From Planctomycetota bacterium (lineage in GTDB: Bacteria; Planctomycetota; JAJSAM01; JAJVHW01), in contig JAJFFG010000051.1 in the NCBI GenBank assembly GCA_021776825.1, positions 17,283-81,282 of the forward strand: a stretch of DNA of 64,000 nt. Direction: 5' to 3'. Below the pieces are notes generated by a model that was not told the origin of the DNA, did no database searches, and saw only the letters and a list, made by a program, of their open reading frames with translations. The position numbers and the translations under genes were made by a program. Of this stretch, positions 56,024 through 64,000 are shown one piece after another (the stretch's first letter is position 1; each line of letters opens with the position of its first letter).

Positions 56024-56722
56024 TCAGACCGACCGCGCCGTCACAAACTCCGCTAGCGCCGTCCGCTGCACGGCGGTCAGGCCCGCACGCGGACGACGCT
56101 CGCAGATCAGTGCCTCCGCTTCGGTAGCATCCGCGACTCGTTCGAGAGTCACCAACAGCGCCGCCACGAACGTGGCGCTGCGACCGTGACCCATCGCGCA
56201 GTGCACGTACACCGTTCCGTCGCTCATCTCGCGCTGGAGCCAGGCCACGCCGCGCTCGAGGTCGACGGCCGTCGGTGCCTTCGTGTCGAGCAGCGGAATG
56301 CAGAGGTAGCGCTGCGTGCGCCGGAGAAACGCGATCTCCGAGAACTCACACGTGAGGTCGAGCACGCCGGAGAGCCCGTGCTTCGCAAGCGCCGCCTCGT
56401 CGCGGGCGTACAACCGGGCGCCCAGCACGACGCCGTCGGCGACCTCGTCGAAGGCGTTCTCGCGTGTGAACAACCGGTACCCAAGCAGGAGGAGATGGTT
56501 GAGCGCGAAGTACGGCCAGAACAGCACGTACGTCGCGGGCGGCAGGCGACCGTCACGCCGCTTTCGGAAGATCCGAGCGCCGACCCCTGAGTACGCCAGT
56601 GCGACGCCGAGGAATGCGATGGCGACGCTGGTGAGAATGACCCGCTCCGCCATCGTCTCCGCGAGGAGCGCCATGAGGCCGACCGTGGCGCCGAAGACGG
56701 AGAACGCTAGCGCGAACTTCAT
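56024..56722 (-). CDS. membrane-anchored dual-specificity (Cys-based) phosphatase
   Basis: Two or three N-terminal TM helices, then a DSP/PTP domain with CX5R active site VHCAMGHGRSAT. Confidence 0.7.
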   Translation of the reverse strand: MKFALAFSVFGATVGLMALLAETMAERVILTSVAIAFLGVALAYSGVGARIFRKRRDGRLPPATYVLFWPYFALNHLLLLGYRLFTRENAFDEVADGVVLGARLYARDEAALAKHGLSGVLDLTCEFSEIAFLRRTQRYLCIPLLDTKAPTAVDLERGVAWLQREMSDGTVYVHCAMGHGRSATFVAALLVTLERVADATEAEALICERRPRAGLTAVQRTALAEFVTARSV

Positions 56723-56731
56723 CGAGTGAGT

Positions 56732-57184
56732 CTAGTCGAGTCGAGAGCGCGGCTCGCTCGGCTCGCTCACCCGCGTCCGAACGTCCCCGGCGCCCAGGAG
56801 GCCAGGAGGCCAGGAGGCCAGGAGAACGAGCAGGGGCACGAGGCCGGCGATCGCGACGAGGCGGACGAGGGTGCGTTCCAATCCGACCAGATTCCGGGAC
56901 CGCAGCGCGCGATAGCGCAGGAGCAAGGCCGCCAGCAACACCAGCACATCGAAGGACACCGCTGCGCCGAACACCATCGCGTGGACGGCCAACTCGACAT
57001 CCGGCGGGGTGGGCTGGCCGGCGACGATGAACGACACGATCGACGCGACAGCGACCGCGATGAGGACGATGCCCACGTACACCACGTAGCCCGAGCGCAC
57101 CGTCACTGGCGCGATCGTCGCCCCGACCGTGGCCGTCGCCGGTCGGCGAGGGTCATGCGCCGCCGCCGGTTCGTCGTCACTCAC
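56732..57184 (-). CDS. hypothetical membrane protein
   Basis: 150 aa, 3-4 TM segments. Contains an in-frame GGAGGCCA x3-4 DNA tandem repeat at 56800-56830. Confidence 0.35.
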   Translation of the reverse strand: MSDDEPAAAHDPRRPATATVGATIAPVTVRSGYVVYVGIVLIAVAVASIVSFIVAGQPTPPDVELAVHAMVFGAAVSFDVLVLLAALLLRYRALRSRNLVGLERTLVRLVAIAGLVPLLVLLASWPPGLLGAGDVRTRVSEPSEPRSRLD

Positions 57185-57247
57185 GCCCTCGACGATAGCC
57201 GATCGAAGTCGAAGCCGGGTTGGCGAGGGACTCCCCCACGACTCCGC

Positions 57248-58048
57248 CTACATCTCCAGGTCGAGCTCTCCGCTGAAGTAGTGGCTCGTGTTCTGCGCGC
57301 TCGTCAGCGGCGACTCGGCGGGGTTGTCCACCACCCCGACGATCCAGCCGTCGTAGCGGATCATTCGAAGCGTGTCGGCGACGCCGCGTAGATCGATGCG
57401 GCCGCGGCCCGGATCCACGAACTCGTCACCGCTGATCGAGTCGTCGTCCTCGCGACGCAGATCGCGGATGTGTACGACACCCAGACGGTGCTTCTGGGTC
57501 AGCAGGAACATCGTGGGGTCGAAGCCCATCTGCTCCAGGTGCGCCGTGTCGGCCGACAGCGAGAGCAGAGAGGGGTCGGTCTCACGCATGAGGCGCGCGA
57601 CGCCCTCGCGAGAGTTGAACGGGCAGTGCCGATCCGGCTCGTAGCAGAGTTTCACCCCGACCTCGAGACCGATGGCGCCAACGCGATTCAGCAGCGCGGC
57701 TGCCCGCTTCGTGTCGGCGTCCGCATCGCCGGTGCCCTCACCGCCGTAGTAGATGGCGTAGTCGCCGCCGGCCGCCTTCACCCACTCGAGCAGTCGCCGC
57801 CACTCGAGCTCTTCGGCCTCGTGGAACTCCTCGTTCGTCAGGAGCCCGCCCGAGTGGATGCCGGCAAGCGGGACGCCCGTGATCTCGAGGATGTCCTTGA
57901 ACTCCTCGGGACGGTCCGCGAACACGTGCGAGACATCGGCGTAGACCTCGATGCCGCCGAAGCCGCATCGGGCAAGGCCATGCAGTGCGGCCAGGAGGTG
58001 GTCGCTGCCCCACGCACTCGCGTGGAATCCGATCCGCGGGTTCCCCAC
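57248..58048 (-). CDS. sugar phosphate isomerase/epimerase (xylose-isomerase-like TIM barrel)
   Basis: Probable GTG start VGNPRIGFHASAWG. Typical TIM-barrel family segments (GFGGIEVY, LEVGVKLCYEP, HLGVVHIRD). Confidence 0.65.
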   Translation of the reverse strand: MGNPRIGFHASAWGSDHLLAALHGLARCGFGGIEVYADVSHVFADRPEEFKDILEITGVPLAGIHSGGLLTNEEFHEAEELEWRRLLEWVKAAGGDYAIYYGGEGTGDADADTKRAAALLNRVGAIGLEVGVKLCYEPDRHCPFNSREGVARLMRETDPSLLSLSADTAHLEQMGFDPTMFLLTQKHRLGVVHIRDLRREDDDSISGDEFVDPGRGRIDLRGVADTLRMIRYDGWIVGVVDNPAESPLTSAQNTSHYFSGELDLEM

Positions 58049-58062
58049 AGTTCGCTTCGGCT

Positions 58063-58869
58063 CTACTTGAAGAGCTTCTTGTTGGCCGAGACCCAGGCCT
58101 TCCACTCGCGGTGCGTGCGGAACTCGTTGCCCGTGATCTCTTTCAGCGCCCAGCGGATGTACCCTTCCGTCTCCTGCCAGATCTTGTACCGCTTCTCCCA
58201 GTACGAGGCCGGGGGGTTGTTCTCGGAGTTCGGATTCTCGGGATACGGCTCACGTATCTGAGCCACGAGCATCGGAACGGACTTCATGTACTTCATCTTG
58301 CCGAAGTACATCGTGGCGCTCTTCACGAGGCCGGGAGCCCAGCTGGCGGTCATCCGTCGCTCGTTCGTGTAGAGCGGCCGGAAGTGATCCTCGAGGACCT
58401 TCTCCTCGTGACCCTCGATGGCGAACTTCGCAAAGTACGTGATGCACGCCGCGCCCAGACTGCCGTTGATGCCGCCACCCTGACTCTTCGGCTTCTTCTT
58501 CTCCGCGCGCTTGAAGGCCTTCTTGATGGCCTTCTCCTGGTCGTGCATGCCGTTGGCGACGGCAGCGAGCACCGCCGACTCGAGCACCCGCGCGTTCTTG
58601 CTCGCGAGACCCGCGAGGATCACGGGGACGAACTTCTCGTGACTGCGACGGCCCATGTCGTGCAGCGCCGCTGCGAGGAGCTCGGTGTCCTTCTTGCCGG
58701 CCTTCTCCACCGCATCGAGGAGCTGCGTCACCTCGTCGTCGGTGGCGGGGAGCACCGCCTCGAGCGTCGGCTCCTCGGGCTCGTTGCCCGCCGACGCATC
58801 GGGTGGGTGGACGAGCAACGTCAGGAGTCCAACCGCCATGAGTCCCAGGATGGTGACCGTGGTACGCAT
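58063..58869 (-). CDS. secreted hypothetical protein (HEAT-like N-half, Lys-rich C-half), locally reduced GC
   Basis: Signal peptide MRTTVTILGLMAVGLLTLLVHPPDASA. Local GC is about 58-60% versus about 70% in the flanks. Confidence 0.5.
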   Translation of the reverse strand: MRTTVTILGLMAVGLLTLLVHPPDASAGNEPEEPTLEAVLPATDDEVTQLLDAVEKAGKKDTELLAAALHDMGRRSHEKFVPVILAGLASKNARVLESAVLAAVANGMHDQEKAIKKAFKRAEKKKPKSQGGGINGSLGAACITYFAKFAIEGHEEKVLEDHFRPLYTNERRMTASWAPGLVKSATMYFGKMKYMKSVPMLVAQIREPYPENPNSENNPPASYWEKRYKIWQETEGYIRWALKEITGNEFRTHREWKAWVSANKKLFK

Positions 58870-58878
58870 GAACCCAGT

Positions 58879-59655
58879 CTACGTCGTCGGTGGGTCCTCG
58901 CGCACGTCCGCGCCGTTTCGAGAGGCGCGGCGAGCCCGAAGTTCCAGCGTGAGCTTGCGTCCGCGCTGCCAGACCACAAAGAGCACGACCCCCAGGACAC
59001 CCAGCCCCGCAGCCTGGAACTCCCACGAACGGCGGAGCTCCTCGGTGAAGATCGCGCTGAACGTCTCGGCGAACGCGGCCATCGTGGAACAGCCGATCGC
59101 AGCGCCCGTCGCGATGGCGATCAGGGTGCGGATCGGAGACAGACCGAGCAGGCGCCCGAAGATGCTCCCCCCGATCGCTCCCGTGCCCGTGAGCGGGAAC
59201 ATCACGAACACGATGACGCCGAAGAACGTCACGCGGCCGAGCCAACTGCGCTTCTCCAGCATGTAGAGGCCGTGCTCGGCGAGATCCTCGATCGTCGTGC
59301 CGACCCGTGGCAGCCGGTAGAGGCGCGGCAGGTTCAGGACGAGGAGCGTTGCGACCGTCACGTCCAGGTAGGCGACGAGGCCGGCCCACTCCCAAACCGA
59401 GAACGGGCTGTCGCCGCTCACGCCGGCCAGGATCGCGAACTTCCCGAGCACCGTGAACACGAGGACGGACGAGACGACCAGGCTCCACGCCGTCTCCGGC
59501 CCGCGCAAGACGCCGGCGACAATCAGCAGACCGATCGAGACCGCGATGGGCGCGATGAACGTGGCCGCGGCGATCTTCCCGGCGTGCCGGTGTCCGGATC
59601 GAGACTCCTCGTCCTCGAGGAGGCGGCGGATGTCGGGAGGGCCTGGAGGAGTCAT
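58879..59655 (-). CDS. small polytopic membrane protein (COG2426-like putative small multidrug export protein)
   Basis: Probable start MTPPGPPDIRRLLEDEE (ATG rc at 59653-59655). 5-6 TM helices. Confidence 0.45.
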   Translation of the reverse strand: MTPPGPPDIRRLLEDEESRSGHRHAGKIAAATFIAPIAVSIGLLIVAGVLRGPETAWSLVVSSVLVFTVLGKFAILAGVSGDSPFSVWEWAGLVAYLDVTVATLLVLNLPRLYRLPRVGTTIEDLAEHGLYMLEKRSWLGRVTFFGVIVFVMFPLTGTGAIGGSIFGRLLGLSPIRTLIAIATGAAIGCSTMAAFAETFSAIFTEELRRSWEFQAAGLGVLGVVLFVVWQRGRKLTLELRARRASRNGADVREDPPTT

Positions 59656-59815
59656 GAGTCGTCGGGTGGGGCCGGGCATTGTCCCCAAACACCCGAGGCC
59701 GCCCAGTTCTGCCGGGAGCTCCCCTTGCACGCCTCCGTCTCGCCGCGAACGGCTCGACGGAGGCGGCGATCGGTTGCGCCGGGCCATCGCGCCGCGCCGT
59801 CGATATGATCCCGCC

Positions 59816-60289
59816 ATGCCGCCGCCGCCGATCATCGATCCGGAGCTCTGGGACGTGGGCAACGTGCTCTACGGTCCCGAGGAGATCCGCGCCACCAACC
59901 AGCAGCGCTTCGAGATGGAGCAGCTCGACGCCGTCAGCTACTTCGACATGGAGGTTGGCGAGATCGTCGGCTGGAAAGACGTCGCCGCCGACGAGTTCTG
60001 GGTGCCCGGCCATGTGCCCGGTCGCCCGCTCATGCCCGGCGTGATTCAGATGGAGTGCCTGGCGCAGCTCATGAGCTTCGCCACGACCCGGGTGATCGAG
60101 GACATCGGGTTCGTCGGCCTGGCCGGCATCACCGACGCGAAGTTCCGCGCAACGGTCGAGCCCGGTCAGCGCTTCGTGCTGCTGGCGAAGAAGATCGAGC
60201 TGAAGCGACGACGCGCCATCTACGACGCCCAAGGCTGGGTCGACGGCCGCCTCGCGATCGAGTGTCGGATCACCGGCGTCCGCGTCTAG
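59816..60289 (+). CDS. FabA/FabZ-like hotdog-fold 3-hydroxyacyl-ACP dehydratase
   Basis: Active-site region FWVPGHVPGRPLMPGVIQMECLAQL (His ... conserved Glu). Confidence 0.8.
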   Translation: MPPPPIIDPELWDVGNVLYGPEEIRATNQQRFEMEQLDAVSYFDMEVGEIVGWKDVAADEFWVPGHVPGRPLMPGVIQMECLAQLMSFATTRVIEDIGFVGLAGITDAKFRATVEPGQRFVLLAKKIELKRRRAIYDAQGWVDGRLAIECRITGVRV

Positions 60290-60580
60290 CCCGACCTTCT
60301 CACCACGTCGCCACGCCTGACACGTCGCGGGGACCACGATCTCTGCGTTGACACAGCTCGTTGGGGGGATGGGCCACGACCACGCCGCGTCCGCCTTGAT
60401 CTCGCGGCCCCCGCTCGGTCAGGACACTCTGTCTTCGGTCCAACACCAGTTCTCACGTCGACCATCCCTTGTAGTTCCTGCCGTCCGGCCGCGGGCCGCG
60501 CCGACGTGGAGAGAAGGCCCGGCGAGGCGCAGGTCCTCCGACCGGGGTCACTCGTGCTCGTTCTCGTGTTGCTCGCCGTG

Positions 60581-62431
60581 TTAGTGATCGTCGTGCTCGT
60601 GGTCGTCGTACGTGGGGTCGAGCTCGACGTGGGCCTCCCCCGACGCCAGCAACGCGTGCGCTCCACGCCCGGTTTCCCCAGCCATCACGCGCAGCTTCAC
60701 GCCACGCACGCCCGGCGGCAGGCCACGCAGAGTGAGGTGACCGAGTGAATCCGTGCGTCCCCACGTCGAACCGGAGCCCGCTCGCGCATCGAGCGAGAAC
60801 GCGCCGACGCTGACAATCGCATCAGCCACCGCCCGCCCGCGCCGCGTGACACGCACGTCGAGAATGGCACCGACGTGCGCCGGATCGACCTCGACCCGCA
60901 GCGTACCGGCCACCGCACCCTCCAGCACCTCGAACGGAGTCTCGCCCCAGCGCTCCCCGTCGCGCACAGCAGCGCGATACGAACCGACGATCATCGACTC
61001 ACCTAGAGCGACCGAAGCGCCATCGGCCACGTCCCGGAACGCCCGCAGGACACGGTCGCCATCCAGGACCATCAGTTCGACCGGCGCGCCGGAACGAGAT
61101 CGCACGGTCACCGTCGGGCCCCCGGCGACCACGACACGAGCGGGAGGCGCCACCTCGACCTGGATCTCGGCGACGGCGGAGTCGACGAGCGCCTCCCCCG
61201 TCGCGAGCACCTGTGCAGTCGGCAGCAGCGGATGGCGCGAGATCGAGTACATGAGCGACCCCACGGGAAGACCGCGCAGCACAGCAACGCCATCGGCATC
61301 GAAGGGGACCGGGCCGAGCGTCGCGAAGACGGGCACGCCATCGCGGCGCGTCGATGAGCTCGCCAGAACGTGCACGCCGGAGAGATCCGAGACGCCCGAG
61401 AGTCGAAGCGTGAGCTGGGTCGGCGCGACGGCGAGGTCACCCACGTCGTGTCGGCCGATGCCGAGGTTCCGGAACTCTCGGTCCAGCGTCCACGCATCGG
61501 ACGAGCGTGAATCGAACGCGCTGACGCGGATGAACGACAGCGGCTCGAGCGCCACCGTGCGAAACGCGCCGTCGGCGCGCGTGCGTACCCACGAATCCGC
61601 CTCGTAGCGTCGCACGCCGTTCGAGTGCCCAGCCACGAGACAGTGCACCTGCACGCCGGCAAGAGGTTGCCCGGCGTGATCGACCAGGCGACCGATGACC
61701 ACGACGCCTTCACGCAGCGAGAGGGACAGTTCCGCGGTCTCTCCCGGAGTGACCTCCACGCGCTCGACGACCTCCTTGCGGTGGTCCGGATGCCGAACCT
61801 CGAGCGAGTAGGCGACGCGCGGGTCGAGGCCGCGGATCAGCAGGACTCCGTTCGCGGCCGTCACGGCCTGGCGCTCCGTCTCGCCGAACACGCCGCCGGT
61901 GGGCCGCTTCTCTGGCAGCACAGCCAGTGTGGCGCGTGCGCCCTCGACCGGCGCTCCGGCGCTCGTTGCCTGGACTCGCAGCGCGGCGACCGCGACCAAC
62001 GTCAGCCGGATCGGGTTCACCGGCGCCAACCCCGGACGGAGCCGCAATCGGTCGCCGATGCAACCATCGGCCTCGAGTTCGAGCGAGAACCCGTCCTCTG
62101 TGCTGGCGACTGCGTGTGTGACCGTTCGCGCACTGCGGCCGGCGATGCTCGTCGGTCCCTCACCGGCGTCGACGACCAACGTCCATTCGAGCTCGGGAGC
62201 GTCGGGCTCGAGCACGACCTCCACCTCGATCTCGATCGCCTCGTCGGTGTCCACGCGACGTGTCTCGGCTGGCGGGAGTCCGCGGGCTGGAGACTCCGCA
62301 GCGCGCCCCCCCGGCCCCCCGGGGTTGCTCACCGATCCGCACGCCCTGGCCGCGAGCAGGGCGACGAGGAGCACGACGGCGAGACCCCCGCAGCCCATGA
62401 CCCAGCGTCCGATTCTCCGCCGACCTGTCAT
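60581..62431 (-). CDS. secreted protein with carboxypeptidase-regulatory-like beta-sandwich repeats and His/Asp-rich C-terminus
   Basis: N-terminal TM/signal. Repeated beta-sandwich-like segments. C-terminal DPTYDDHEHDDH. Confidence 0.6.
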   Translation of the reverse strand: MTGRRRIGRWVMGCGGLAVVLLVALLAARACGSVSNPGGPGGRAAESPARGLPPAETRRVDTDEAIEIEVEVVLEPDAPELEWTLVVDAGEGPTSIAGRSARTVTHAVASTEDGFSLELEADGCIGDRLRLRPGLAPVNPIRLTLVAVAALRVQATSAGAPVEGARATLAVLPEKRPTGGVFGETERQAVTAANGVLLIRGLDPRVAYSLEVRHPDHRKEVVERVEVTPGETAELSLSLREGVVVIGRLVDHAGQPLAGVQVHCLVAGHSNGVRRYEADSWVRTRADGAFRTVALEPLSFIRVSAFDSRSSDAWTLDREFRNLGIGRHDVGDLAVAPTQLTLRLSGVSDLSGVHVLASSSTRRDGVPVFATLGPVPFDADGVAVLRGLPVGSLMYSISRHPLLPTAQVLATGEALVDSAVAEIQVEVAPPARVVVAGGPTVTVRSRSGAPVELMVLDGDRVLRAFRDVADGASVALGESMIVGSYRAAVRDGERWGETPFEVLEGAVAGTLRVEVDPAHVGAILDVRVTRRGRAVADAIVSVGAFSLDARAGSGSTWGRTDSLGHLTLRGLPPGVRGVKLRVMAGETGRGAHALLASGEAHVELDPTYDDHEHDDH

Positions 62432-62525
62432 CCGTGCCCCCTCTCGGCTCGCCCGCCGATGTCCGTTGAGGCGGAGCGGCGCACTCGGCGCCGCTCCGCC
62501 GTGTCTCTCCTTCGCCGACCCGCGG

Positions 62526-63398
62526 CTACGGCGCCGGGAACGTGTTGTGGTTCAACACGCGCATCGTGCGCCCGCACATCCCGTCGCACGTCGCGTCGAC
62601 GATGGCATGCCAGTAGATGTTGTCGATGTCCCCGACCGCAACGTCCAGCATGTCGAGGTCGAGTTTGAACGCACAGTCCGTGGCTGTGTGCAACTGGAGT
62701 GGGGTCTTGCCGCCCTTGCCGATGTCGAAGTCCTTCACGATCTGCGTCTCCGAGCCACCGGTCGAGGCCTTCAGCGTCAGCGTGATGCCGAACGCCTGGA
62801 CCTGAACCGTCGAGCTCGAGGAACTGTGATCGTCGTCGATCGACACGCCGCCCGCAGCGTCCGAGTGGACGATGCTGGGCGGGTTCACGGTGCTCGGGAT
62901 GCCGGCCCAGAACTGCAGCCGCCCCATCACCTCGCACACCTCGTCGGCGTTGAGTGACGCAGAGGCACGGAACTCCTGACGCACGTCGGCCTCGATGTCC
63001 TCGAGCGGTGCCTCGCACGCCTGGACACGCGAGACCGTCCAGATCGCACCGCCGGAGATGGCGCCGGATACAGCCCCGAAGCCCCAGTCACGCGAGTACG
63101 CGTCGAGATCCATGTGAATCTTCCAGACGCCCGCGTCTTGCAGAACCCGCCAAGACCACACCTTCAAGGGATCGAACGCGTCGACGGTCGTGTCGTTCAC
63201 CGTGTCGTAGTAGTCGGTCAGCGGGAACGTCCACGTGGACGACTCCCCGGCCAGGTACTCCAATGGTGGATCACTCGTCAGCACGGGCAGCAGCGCCCAC
63301 TGACAGACGGACTCCTCGCCGCCCTCGTGAGCCAGAGCGGGAGAGGGGAGCGCAAGGGCCGCGAGCGCGGCGGCGAAGAGAGCATGGCGAAGTCGCAT
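62526..63398 (-). CDS. secreted hypothetical protein (Cys-containing)
   Basis: Start MRLRHALFAAALAALALPSPALA with a perfect AAGGAGG RBS 5 nt upstream. The upstream part of ORF 62526..63482 is rejected. Confidence 0.6.
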   Translation of the reverse strand: MRLRHALFAAALAALALPSPALAHEGGEESVCQWALLPVLTSDPPLEYLAGESSTWTFPLTDYYDTVNDTTVDAFDPLKVWSWRVLQDAGVWKIHMDLDAYSRDWGFGAVSGAISGGAIWTVSRVQACEAPLEDIEADVRQEFRASASLNADEVCEVMGRLQFWAGIPSTVNPPSIVHSDAAGGVSIDDDHSSSSSTVQVQAFGITLTLKASTGGSETQIVKDFDIGKGGKTPLQLHTATDCAFKLDLDMLDVAVGDIDNIYWHAIVDATCDGMCGRTMRVLNHNTFPAP

Positions 63399-63771
63399 CG
63401 AACCTCCTTGAACGGGGCGCTCCGGCTGTGCTGTGCACGCCAGAACGCGATCCCGGCCAGACCATGGCTCCCACCCAATCACCCCGGCCGACCGTCGGCG
63501 CGGGGATCGCCCGTTAGTAGGACGGTCTCAGAGTCGCGAACGTGACATCCGGTTGCCCGTGAGTTCCGGCTCATCCACGGCCAGATCCGGAACCTGTTGA
63601 CATGAAACGACTTATGAGAATCGGTGCGCGCGACGAGGGACGCAGGCGGTGGTGATTGCGGACGAGACTCGGCGGGCGGCACACGTTCGTCGACGCACCG
63701 AGCGCGTGCGTGCCCCGCAATCGCGCCAGATTGCGCCGGCATGCGGCGGCGCGAGCGCCTGGAGGCCGGAT

Positions 63772-64000
63772 CAGCCCGAGGCGCGGTGCGGATCGAACGG
63801 CGAGAGGTCGCGGCGTCCCTCTCCGGCGACGAGCTCGCGGACGATCTCCGCGGTCACCGGCGCCAGCATGATGCCGCTGCGGTAGTGCCCCGTCGCCGCG
63901 ATCAGACCCGGCTCGACGTGCCCCAGCACGGGAAGGTGGTCCGGTGTGTCCGGTCGCAGGCCGGCCCACGCTGTCTCGACCGGTGCGGAGGCCAGCCCGG
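63772..64000 (-). CDS. partial CDS (C-terminal end): FAD-dependent oxidoreductase of the DAO/glycine oxidase (ThiO-like) family
   Basis: The reverse complement translates to ...WAGLRPDTPDHLPVLGHVEPGLIAATGHYRSGIMLAPVTAEIVRELVAGE...*, the conserved DAO-family C-terminus. Confidence 0.5.

Noticed and set aside
63590-63625. TTGACA -35-like hexamer in low-GC intergenic patch (cctgTTGACAtgaaacgacttatgagaat)
   Set aside because: No convincing -10 at 16-18 bp spacing. No plus-strand gene downstream. Probably chance, or the promoter belongs to the other strand.

Overview
This is a 64 kb window of high-GC (about 70%) bacterial chromosomal DNA. The gene content points to a Myxococcota-type genome: MJ0042-type CxxC zinc ribbons, a eukaryotic-like Ser/Thr kinase fused to a sigma-54 activator, and many TPR, HEAT and Kelch proteins.

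Protein-coding content in window order:
- A polysaccharide module with a Wzx-like flippase and two GT4 glycosyltransferases.
- A putative sphingolipid (ceramide) module with a CerR-like epimerase/dehydratase, an Spt-like alpha-oxoamine synthase and a GNAT-fold acyltransferase. It is followed by a histone-H1-like/SAM-methyltransferase fusion, a PAP2 phosphatase, and a CBS-like/CGL pair.
- An MsbA-like ABC exporter.
- An HU/IHF protein and a Kdo-kinase-family protein.
- A polyprenyl-phosphate glycosylation module with a GT2 (ArnC/GtrB-like) enzyme, a LAB_N small membrane protein and four tandem GT-C (ArnT/PMT-like) paralogs. A fifth, TMTC-like GT-C lies further downstream.
- A 1794-aa Ser/Thr-kinase-AAA-TPR-GAF-sigma54-activator-HTH megaprotein.
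- A four-gene SBP-HK-RR-SBP operon.
- Several secreted or membrane proteins of unknown function.

The most striking non-coding signal is a composite repeat family present at five intergenic loci. Each locus is a tandem array of roughly 170-180 bp hairpin units, a conserved GC stem-loop connector, and a roughly 300 bp MITE-like element whose terminal inverted repeats each contain their own palindrome. I see no CRISPR array, rRNA or tRNA.

Many long ORFs in the supplied track are antisense or alternative-frame artefacts of the high GC content, and I rejected them.
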